DNA from: a virus
Taxonomy: Duplodnaviria > Caudoviricetes
Strand: one strand, 5' to 3'
Length of the DNA: 42,432 nucleotides
Virus record (IMG/VR): IMGVR_UViG_3300028897_000455
Location: 1-42,432 of that record
Part shown: in pieces, positions 5,847-13,812 of the stretch
How the letters are laid out: every line of letters starts with the position of its first letter
How positions within the stretch are numbered: position 1 is the first letter of the stretch
Program-made: the position numbers and the translations under genes
Notes under the pieces: generated by a model
What the model was told of the DNA's origin: nothing
Seen by the model: only the letters and a program-made list of their open reading frames with translations
Database searches by the model: none

Positions 5847-7115
5847 ATGCCAACATTAACATTACATAAACATCAACAAAGAGTAATAGCATCAAAAGCT
5901 CGGTTCATAGGCTGTATAAGTGGAATCCGAGGTGGAAAGACAACGATAGGTACAGTTTGGTTATTAAATCAAATTAACCAGGATAGAGAGTCTAATAAAT
6001 ATGGGGATTACTTGATTTGTGCTCCCACTAATAAAATCTTAGACCAATCCACGTTGCCAAAATTCAAAGAGTTCTTCCCTAATGATTGGGGAACCTGGAA
6101 AGAGCAGAAGTCATATTTTGAACTTAACTGGAATCGTCCAGGTACAACAGAACCCTGCAGGATCTTTGTAAGATCAATGGATGAACCTAATTCCATTGAA
6201 GGAATGGATTGTTTAGCAGCATGGATGGATGAAGTTGGACAAATGAAGAATCAGTCTTGGATTAATGTCCAAGGAAGACTTTCAGTTCAACAAGGTAAAT
6301 GTATTCTCACTACTACTCCATATGCTGTTAATTGGTTTTATAGAGATGTCTATAAAAAGAAAGATGATCTAGATTATGAGATTATTATGTGGTCATCGAT
6401 TGACAATCCTGCTTTTCCTAAAGAAGAATTTGAAAGAGCTAAGAAAACTCTACCAAAAGCTATATTTGAAAGAAGATATCTTGGAAAGTTTACAAGATTA
6501 GAAGGTCTTGTTTATCCAGAGTTTGATGAAGAGTTTCATCTTATTGAACCTTTCGAGATTCCTGAAACATGGTTGCGTTTTGGTGGTCTTGATTTTGGAA
6601 GAAGTAATCCAAATGCTATAATTTGTGTTGCACAAGATCCTGATTCCAATAATTTTTATATTTATAAAGAATTTTATAGAAGTGAAACTTTACTTAAAAC
6701 TATTTCTGATTTTCTTCATCATGAAAATTTATCCTATGTATTGGCTGATTCTCAATCTGCTCAATTAATTGCAGAACTTCAACAATTTCATGGGAATCGC
6801 CATATTAAAGAAGCTGATAAGAATATTAATGTTGGTATTGAAAGAATAAGGTCTTTATTACAAGAAGGAAGATTAAAGTTTTTTAGAGATAAATGTTTGA
6901 ATACAATAGATGAAATTCAACAATATCATTATTCTATTCCAAATCCAGATAAAGTTCAACAAGATAAACCAGTAGCTAAAAATAATCACGCGATGGATGC
7001 TTTAAGGTATGCTTTTTCAAGACCATTACAAGGACTATACATACATAAACCCCGAAAAAAGTTAAAAAGATTCTCAAAAAAAGTAACAGTTGGAGATGAC
7101 TATACAGGCTATTAA
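5847..7115 (+). CDS. terL: Terminase large subunit
   Basis: Walker A GIRGGKT, Walker B AAWMDE, motif III TTTP, and RNase H-like nuclease motifs GLDFG and HAMDALRY. Confidence 0.95.
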   Translation: MPTLTLHKHQQRVIASKARFIGCISGIRGGKTTIGTVWLLNQINQDRESNKYGDYLICAPTNKILDQSTLPKFKEFFPNDWGTWKEQKSYFELNWNRPGTTEPCRIFVRSMDEPNSIEGMDCLAAWMDEVGQMKNQSWINVQGRLSVQQGKCILTTTPYAVNWFYRDVYKKKDDLDYEIIMWSSIDNPAFPKEEFERAKKTLPKAIFERRYLGKFTRLEGLVYPEFDEEFHLIEPFEIPETWLRFGGLDFGRSNPNAIICVAQDPDSNNFYIYKEFYRSETLLKTISDFLHHENLSYVLADSQSAQLIAELQQFHGNRHIKEADKNINVGIERIRSLLQEGRLKFFRDKCLNTIDEIQQYHYSIPNPDKVQQDKPVAKNNHAMDALRYAFSRPLQGLYIHKPRKKLKRFSKKVTVGDDYTGY

Positions 7116-7120
7116 TTAGG

Positions 7121-9034
7121 ATGATAAATATGATTAATAATAAAGATGAAAAAGAAACAGATTTAAAAATTGAAGAAAATCCTGAAAATAATCCAATTCA
7201 AATTTCTGCTAAAGATCCATCTGAGATGATGGAAAAACAAAAGAAATTAGTTGATATTTATATAAAGAAATTTCAAGCATGGGAGAATTGGAGAAAACCT
7301 TTTGAAAATATATGGGATGAAGTTTATAGACTTTATATGAATTCAAAAGAAAAACGTAAAACTCCTTCTCGATCTAATATCACTGTTCCTATTGCTTTTC
7401 AAATTATTGAAGCTGCTATTCCTAAAATTGTTAATACTATTTTTGCTTCTCAAATTGAATTTTTTGATGTTATTCCCACTAATCCTGATGATGAAGAATT
7501 TGCAAGTGTCATTAAATTACTTCTTAATTATCAATTAATGCAATCAAATTTTTTCATTAAATTTGTTGATTTTATTAAACAACTATTATTATATGGAACT
7601 TCTTATTTTAAAGTTTATTGGAAAGTTAAAAGACAGTGGGTTTGGGAAAGAAAACCTATAAGAGAAGATAACTTTAGTATTCTTGGTTTTAAAATGGGTT
7701 CTAGGATAACTGGATGGGAAGAAGAAAAATCCTACAAAATAGTCGAAAAACGCCCTGAAGTTGATGTTCTTGATATATTAGATGTTTTTCCTGATCCTGA
7801 AGCTCGTAACGAAAAAGAAGGATCTGGTGTTTTTATTCGATCATGGATTAATTTCAATGATTTAAAATTAATGGGAAAAGGGCAATTTCCTATTTATGCA
7901 AATACAAACAGTGATGAATTAAAACCAGATAAAACTTCATTTTCTACAAGCAGGAATCAAAGACTTAGTGCTAGAGGAGCAGCAGATCCTACTATCGCTG
8001 ATCCAGAACAAATTGAAATTTTAGAGTATTGGGGACAATGTGATCTTGATGATGATGGCATTAAAGAAGAAGTTTATTTAGTATTTGCAAATCGTCGAGT
8101 TCTTTTAAAAGCAGAAGCTAATCCATTCTATCATCAAAAACGTCCAATTATTAGATCAGTTTTATTCCCAGTTCCTATGGAATGGTATGGAATTGGATTA
8201 ATTGAACCAGTTATTTCAAACATTCATGAACTTTGGACACTTAGAAGGCAACGAATTGATAATATAAATATGATTATTAATCGAATGTGGAAAGTCAATT
8301 CTATCGCTGATGTTGATTTGGATACTTTAATTTCTGTTCCAAATGGAATAATAATAACTGATGATATGAATGCTGTAGAAGCTCTTGAAACTCCTAATGT
8401 TACTTCAGATGCTTATAATGAAGCTACAATTGTACAATCTGATATTGAAAATGCAACTGCTCCACGTTCAGTTCAAGGAACTCCTGAATCTGGAAGATTA
8501 GGACGTACTGCTAGAGGTGCTCAATTAATTATAACACAAGCTTTAGAGAAATTTGGAACAATCATTAAACTTTCTGCTGAAGAAATGGCTATTAAAAGAA
8601 TTTTAAGGATGTTTCATCAATTAAATCTTCAATTTATTGATGATGATGATATTCTTCGTGATCCAGGAATGTATGGCCATTTATTTCAACAAGAAATTAC
8701 ACCAGAAATGATACGAGCTGAGGTTAAATTTAATATGGTTGGAATTAGTGATATGATTAATAAAGAAGCTAAAATTAATCAAATTGTTTCCTTTATGGGT
8801 GTATTTGGTAAAGTTTTAACCCCTGAAACAATTTCTGTTTTAGCAAAAGAAGTTTGGAAATTACAAGATATGGACCCTAAAAAAGTTAATATACAAGGAA
8901 TGCAAACTACTATTATGCCAGGAAATGTAGTTGATGAACAAATTACACAATCTGTATTAGGTCAAACACAAAATCAAGGGACTCAAACTCCTATTGCAGT
9001 TCCAGGTGTTCAATCTACTTCAATAGAAGGCTAA
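7121..9034 (+). CDS. Portal protein (P22-like podovirus type; start may be 7130)
   Basis: Follows TerL and is the expected size. D.FPDP, LEYWG, NPF...P, YG.G and RTA.G motifs. Confidence 0.88.
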   Translation: MINMINNKDEKETDLKIEENPENNPIQISAKDPSEMMEKQKKLVDIYIKKFQAWENWRKPFENIWDEVYRLYMNSKEKRKTPSRSNITVPIAFQIIEAAIPKIVNTIFASQIEFFDVIPTNPDDEEFASVIKLLLNYQLMQSNFFIKFVDFIKQLLLYGTSYFKVYWKVKRQWVWERKPIREDNFSILGFKMGSRITGWEEEKSYKIVEKRPEVDVLDILDVFPDPEARNEKEGSGVFIRSWINFNDLKLMGKGQFPIYANTNSDELKPDKTSFSTSRNQRLSARGAADPTIADPEQIEILEYWGQCDLDDDGIKEEVYLVFANRRVLLKAEANPFYHQKRPIIRSVLFPVPMEWYGIGLIEPVISNIHELWTLRRQRIDNINMIINRMWKVNSIADVDLDTLISVPNGIIITDDMNAVEALETPNVTSDAYNEATIVQSDIENATAPRSVQGTPESGRLGRTARGAQLIITQALEKFGTIIKLSAEEMAIKRILRMFHQLNLQFIDDDDILRDPGMYGHLFQQEITPEMIRAEVKFNMVGISDMINKEAKINQIVSFMGVFGKVLTPETISVLAKEVWKLQDMDPKKVNIQGMQTTIMPGNVVDEQITQSVLGQTQNQGTQTPIAVPGVQSTSIEG

Positions 9035-9104
9035 TTAAAATATAAATAATTTTAACCATTAATAATATAAAGGTCAAGTATATAATTCTAAAATGGAGAA
9101 TTAA

Positions 9105-9404
9105 ATGTATAATCTACCTGATAAAACTGTAGAAAAATTAAAAACAACAGCATTTGAAGGTGATCAAATAAGAGATTTTTGTAAACATCCTGGATTTAAA
9201 CTTTATGCACAATCTCTTGAAGATATTATTTCTGATAAAAAAAATTTATGGCTTAGAGGAAGTGAAGAAGAAGCAAGAAATGCTCGATTTGAAGCTAAAG
9301 GAATTCAAAGAGCATTAGATGAACTTAAAAAATTTATGTTGTCTGGAGATAATGCTAAAAATATTCTTCAGACTAACTCCGATTTAAATAACCCCACAAA
9401 ATAA
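9105..9404 (+). CDS. Small helical head-module protein
   Basis: GGAG SD. Sits between portal and scaffold, with an HPG(F/W) motif typical of this gene position. Confidence 0.7.
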   Translation: MYNLPDKTVEKLKTTAFEGDQIRDFCKHPGFKLYAQSLEDIISDKKNLWLRGSEEEARNARFEAKGIQRALDELKKFMLSGDNAKNILQTNSDLNNPTK

Positions 9405-9429
9405 GTGGATAAGTTATTAGGAGAATAGA

Positions 9430-10260
9430 ATGAAAGATACAAAGAACGACAATCAAGCTGTACCTTCAGCAAATGTTGAAGATAATACAAGTATGACCGT
9501 TCCTAAATCTGCTGACACCTCTGATACAGTGGAGCAGACAAAGGATACCGCCACAAAAGATGTGCAAACTGTTGAAGAGTTTAATGCTCAGCAACGTTAT
9601 GAAGACTTACAAGCAGAATTAGCTAAACAGACTAAGGCGTATAATGAAATTCGAAAAGAATTCACACGTCGAACTCAACATGAATCTGAACTCCAGAAAA
9701 AGCTGGATAAGGTTTATGATACTTTAGCTAAAGCTACTGAAACTCCGATTGACCCTGAGCAGTTTATGCGAGACTTGCAAACATATGGGCCTAAAGCATT
9801 AGAACCTTATTTAGAAAGATGGGTTCAACCAATAAAATCTGATTACGATAAGGCAATTGATGAAAGAGACTCCAAGATTCTTAGTCTTGAAACATCTCTT
9901 GAAATTCAAAGACGACGACTTGATAGTGTTAACTATCCTGACTTTATTAAGTTAGAACCTATCATGAACGAAATCGCGAATGAAGATAATTGTCCCGTTA
10001 ATTGGAATCTTTCTATTGGAGATGCATTAGATGTTCTATACAAACTTGCTAATGATCGTAGTGCTGGAGAAGCTGTTAAATTAGCTGAAAAACAAGGCTA
10101 TGATAAAGCTACGAAGGAACTCGTAAAAGAGTCAAAAACGACTGTTACGGGAGGCGGTAAAACTGCTGGTAGTACCGTGCCTGATCTTAATAAAGTCAGT
10201 GATGTTGATAAACTTAGAGAAATTGTTTCTCAAATGCACGGAATTGCTGACAGAGATTAA
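9430..10260 (+). CDS. Capsid scaffolding protein (probable)
   Basis: Acidic, disordered N-terminus followed by coiled coil, immediately before the major capsid gene. AGGAG SD. Confidence 0.78.
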   Translation: MKDTKNDNQAVPSANVEDNTSMTVPKSADTSDTVEQTKDTATKDVQTVEEFNAQQRYEDLQAELAKQTKAYNEIRKEFTRRTQHESELQKKLDKVYDTLAKATETPIDPEQFMRDLQTYGPKALEPYLERWVQPIKSDYDKAIDERDSKILSLETSLEIQRRRLDSVNYPDFIKLEPIMNEIANEDNCPVNWNLSIGDALDVLYKLANDRSAGEAVKLAEKQGYDKATKELVKESKTTVTGGGKTAGSTVPDLNKVSDVDKLREIVSQMHGIADRD

Positions 10261-10282
10261 ATGAAAATGGAGAATTAATAAA

Positions 10283-11224
10283 ATGGCAAATCCGAATACT
10301 AACCTGACTTCTACGGTTGGATTTCCTAACGCTATTAAGATATATTATGATAAAATGCTACTTGATCGTCTTGAGAAAAGTATGCATTTTGATCAATTTG
10401 GCGATAAGAAAAGACTTCCAAAGAATGAAGGTAATGAGATTAAATGGACACGCTATACTAACTTTGCTGCTAACACAACGCCTCTTAGTGAAGGTGTCAC
10501 TCCAGATGGTTTGACACTTGCTTCTACTCAGATAAGTGCAATTCCTGTTCAATATGGGGATTATGTTACTTTGTCTGATTTCTTAGTAGCTGAAGCAATT
10601 GATCCTGTGATTGAAAATGCTCTTGATGTGCTTTCATATCGAGCTGCTCTTTCACTTGATACAATTATTCGTAATACACTACATAACAGTGTCACTAATC
10701 AATTTGCTGGTGGAGCTGTTAGTGAAGTTGCTACTTCTGCTGTTTTAACGGCTGCTGAAATTAGAAAAGCTGTGTTTAAGTTAAAGAATAATGATGTGCG
10801 TCCAATTGGAAGTGATTTTGTTCTTTTAATTCATCCTGCTCAGTCTTTTGACTTGCAGAGTGAAACTGGAACTGGTGCATGGTTGGATCTTAATAAATAC
10901 ACCACAACTGGTCCTCTTTATAAAGGAGAGATTGGTAAGTTGTATGGAGCGAGAGCTGTTGAATCCTCAAACGTACAAATAGCTGCTGGAGCTGGTGCTG
11001 CTGGTGTAGATATATACCGAGCCTATGTGTTTGGTAAAGGAGCTTACGGATTGGTTGAATTAGCTGGTAATAATCTTAAAATGATTTCTAAACAGCTTGG
11101 ATCTGCTGGTGCTGATGATCCTCTTGACCAAAGATCAACTGTTGGTTATAAATTCAGTCATATCACGAAAATTCTAGATGCTAATCGTGCAGTTGAAATT
11201 TATACGGCAACAAATGCTGCATAA
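10283..11224 (+). CDS. Major capsid protein, N4-gp56 family (HK97 fold)
   Basis: YYDK.LL, LP.N.G..I.W.RY, L.EGVTP, QYG.Y..LSD, IHP...DL, GEIG...G.R and DPL.QR.TVG.K motifs. Confidence 0.93.
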   Translation: MANPNTNLTSTVGFPNAIKIYYDKMLLDRLEKSMHFDQFGDKKRLPKNEGNEIKWTRYTNFAANTTPLSEGVTPDGLTLASTQISAIPVQYGDYVTLSDFLVAEAIDPVIENALDVLSYRAALSLDTIIRNTLHNSVTNQFAGGAVSEVATSAVLTAAEIRKAVFKLKNNDVRPIGSDFVLLIHPAQSFDLQSETGTGAWLDLNKYTTTGPLYKGEIGKLYGARAVESSNVQIAAGAGAAGVDIYRAYVFGKGAYGLVELAGNNLKMISKQLGSAGADDPLDQRSTVGYKFSHITKILDANRAVEIYTATNAA

Positions 11225-11239
11225 TTTAATAATTAGGTT

Positions 11240-11279
11240 TGGGGTTTCCCTTGATATTATTTAATATCTAAAAACCCCA
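11240..11279 (+). promoter_or_regulatory. Long imperfect hairpin after the capsid gene
   Basis: TGGGGTTT/AAACCCCA outer stem with inner GATATT/AATATC. No U-tract follows. Confidence 0.5.
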
Positions 11280-11310
11280 TAAAGTAAATGGCTGTCTAAG
11301 GAGAAAGAAA

Positions 11311-13461
11311 ATGGCTTTTGCAAGTGTTATAATACAAGATTTAACATATACAGAAACACAATATGGTTTACGAGTTTATATTAGTTATTTAAATGGAGGA
11401 GTTGCTGGTTCTGAATATGTAAGTGTTACTAGATATGATAGCGGTGATTACTACATTAATGTAACAATAGCATCTGGAACTTCAACTGCTGCACAAATTA
11501 AAGCTGCTGTTGATGCTCATATTGATGCTAGTTGGTTAGTAAACGTAACAGTTAGTGGTACTGCATCTAATCCTCAAGTTACCTGTAAAAATACAAGTTT
11601 ATCACAAGGGACGTTAGCAATTAAAGCATCTAAGGATTTTGGTGATGTTTTAAGAATTACTGCCGATACTGCTGGAAATGCAGGCAATAGTATTAGATTT
11701 AAATTGACTAGTGGTGGAACTGCTGGTTCTGAAGTTGTTACTGTTGCTAGTAACGATATTTCAGTACAAATTGAAGAGGGAGTTTCTACTTGGTTACAAA
11801 TTAAAACAGCATTAGATAATGATGTTTCTGCTGCTGCATTAATTGATGTTTCTTCTGATGGAACTGCTCTTGATCAACCAGCCCATATTGCTTCTGTACC
11901 TAGTTTTACAGCTTTAACAGGTGGTTTAGATGATACAAAAGCTGCAACTGTTGTTCAAGATTTAACTTTTAGTTCAGATGATTATGGAACTTCGGATAAT
12001 GGACGTAAAATATCATACACAATTGGAGCAACTGCTGGTTCAGAAGTTGTTACAGTTGCTGGAAATGGAGATGTTACTATTCAAATAGAAAATGGAGTTT
12101 CAACTGCACAGCAAATCAATGATGCTTTAGAAGCTTCAGAAGATTTTGATGGAGTAAAGGCTGAAGGTACAATAATAATTGAAGATTATTCAAAAGCTAC
12201 TGAAGAAACTGCTACTGGATCAATTACAATTACTGATTATGCAGCTATGCATCTTACTGCTGCTGAAGGAGAAGTTGTAGTTGTTGATTATTCTGCTTTA
12301 GAAGGAACTGCTGCTGAAGGTACGATTGAAGTTTTAGAATATGATGATCCTGATTTTTCAGGTGCTACATTTACAATTAATGGTGAAACTATTACTGAAG
12401 GTGTAGATTTTGATGCAGAAACAGATAATGATACTACAGCTACTAATTTAGCTGCTGCTATAGATGCACTCGATGATGTTAGTGCTGCTGCTGTTGGTGC
12501 AATAGTTACTATTACTGCTGATGCTACTGGAACTGCTGGAAATAGTATCGATATGGCTACCTCAATGACTGGAGATGAAGTTAGTCTAAGTGGATCAACT
12601 TTAACAGGTGGTGCTAATGGAGCAGTTCTTACTGTTGCTGGTCATGTTTTAACAGAAAGTGTTGATTGGGATGCTGAAACAGATGAGGATACTACTGCTT
12701 CAAGCTTAAAAGATGCAATAAATGCTCTTTCTGAAGTTAGTGCTACAGTTCTTAATGACACAATTACAATTACTGCTGCTAATCCAGGAGTTTCAGGAAA
12801 CTCTATAACATTAGAAACTTCTGATGCAGTTAATTTAACTGTTAGTGGAGCAACATTATCTGGTGGTATTAATGCAACTACAGTTACAGTTAATGAAGTA
12901 ACAAAAACAGAATCTACAGATTTTAACGCTGTTACAGATAATGATACTACAGCTACTAATTTAGCTGCTGCTATAAATGCTATTAGTGGAGTAGATGCTG
13001 CTGCTGTTGCTGCTGTTATTACAGTTGATGCTACTGATGCTGGATCTGCTGGAAATTCAATTGATATGAGTAAAGTCGGTTCTGGTTTAACTCTTAGTGG
13101 AGCAACACTAAGTGGTGGACAAGATAATTTAGAAATTATTGTTGGAACTGACACATTAGTTCAAGGTACAGATTTTAATGCTGTAACTAATAATGATACT
13201 ACAGCAACAAATCTTGCTGCTGCTATTGATGCTTTATCTGGAGTTTCGGCAACTGCTTCTACTAATGAAGTTACCATTGTCTGTGATACTATCGGTCCTG
13301 ATGGAAATGATATTGCACTTGAAACTTCTAATGAAGATGCTGCTACTGTTTCAGGAGATACTCTTGAAGGTGGTTTAAATGCTTTAGAAGTAACTATAAG
13401 TGGTACTGCTGGAACTGCACAAAAAACAGTTAATGCACTTGCAACATCTGGTGCATCATAA
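11311..13461 (+). CDS. Acidic Ala/Thr/Gly-rich repeat virion protein (capsid decoration/fibre candidate) built from sheath-insertion-like beta domains
   Basis: Directly follows the capsid gene. Three A-type repeats (AGSE.V.V...G.ST..QI..A) and four B-type repeats (DF.A.T.NDTTATNLAAAI...G..GN.I...SG.TL.GG). Confidence 0.7.
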   Translation: MAFASVIIQDLTYTETQYGLRVYISYLNGGVAGSEYVSVTRYDSGDYYINVTIASGTSTAAQIKAAVDAHIDASWLVNVTVSGTASNPQVTCKNTSLSQGTLAIKASKDFGDVLRITADTAGNAGNSIRFKLTSGGTAGSEVVTVASNDISVQIEEGVSTWLQIKTALDNDVSAAALIDVSSDGTALDQPAHIASVPSFTALTGGLDDTKAATVVQDLTFSSDDYGTSDNGRKISYTIGATAGSEVVTVAGNGDVTIQIENGVSTAQQINDALEASEDFDGVKAEGTIIIEDYSKATEETATGSITITDYAAMHLTAAEGEVVVVDYSALEGTAAEGTIEVLEYDDPDFSGATFTINGETITEGVDFDAETDNDTTATNLAAAIDALDDVSAAAVGAIVTITADATGTAGNSIDMATSMTGDEVSLSGSTLTGGANGAVLTVAGHVLTESVDWDAETDEDTTASSLKDAINALSEVSATVLNDTITITAANPGVSGNSITLETSDAVNLTVSGATLSGGINATTVTVNEVTKTESTDFNAVTDNDTTATNLAAAINAISGVDAAAVAAVITVDATDAGSAGNSIDMSKVGSGLTLSGATLSGGQDNLEIIVGTDTLVQGTDFNAVTNNDTTATNLAAAIDALSGVSATASTNEVTIVCDTIGPDGNDIALETSNEDAATVSGDTLEGGLNALEVTISGTAGTAQKTVNALATSGAS

Positions 13462-13470
13462 TTAATTTGC

Positions 13471-13530
13471 TGTGGGGATAGAATAGTCTATCTGAAAGGC
13501 AAGGATAACCACAATAAACAATCTTGCCAG
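13471..13530 (+). ncRNA. Candidate intergenic pseudoknot
   Basis: TGTGG/CCACA crosses GGCAAG/CTTGCC, with a GATAGA/TCTATC hairpin in loop 1. Confidence 0.4.
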
Positions 13531-13550
13531 AATTTAAAAAGAGGTTAATT

Positions 13551-13811
13551 ATGCCAAATACGAATATGGATTTAAATAATAAAAAGCCAAAACAAGATGG
13601 TCCTCAACTTGAATTTACACTTCCTTATGGAGAAGTAAATGAACGAGTTGAAGTTGGAGATTATGGAACTGTAATGATTCCAGTAGAAGTTACACAAGTT
13701 AATGATGGAATGATTAGTTTTAGAAAAAGAGGAAAAGCATCATCTCAAGCTGGATTTGAAAAAGCTACTCCAGATCAAATGAGAGAAGAACTTCCTAAAG
13801 CGGAGAGATAA
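13551..13811 (+). CDS. Hypothetical protein, 86 aa
   Basis: ATG 13551 with GAGGT SD is preferred over the track's TTG 13524. Confidence 0.7.
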   Translation: MPNTNMDLNNKKPKQDGPQLEFTLPYGEVNERVEVGDYGTVMIPVEVTQVNDGMISFRKRGKASSQAGFEKATPDQMREELPKAER

Positions 13812-13812
13812 C

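Noticed and set aside
11200-11311. Programmed frameshift or readthrough fusing the capsid to the next protein
   Set aside because: No slippery heptamer near the capsid stop, a second in-frame stop follows within four codons, and the next gene has its own AAGGAG SD.
12642-13154. Antisense and alternate-frame ORFs in the track (also 938..1315, 4792..5049, 5124..5330, 6008..6196, 10317..10514, 10358..10552, 13193..13378, 18270..18512, 19740..20036, 26048..26458, 29583..29828, 29812..29994, 30458..30754, 33955..34182, 34474..34695, 37253..37522, 38951..39133, 39302..39547, 40110..40295, 41535..41726)
   Set aside because: They overlap better-supported genes, mostly run against the local strand, and lack SD sequences or recognisable motifs.
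11311-13461. Contractile tail sheath (myovirus)
   Set aside because: Only insertion-type beta domains are present. There is no sheath core, tube, tape measure or baseplate set, and the adaptor/nozzle/ejection gene order is podovirus-like.
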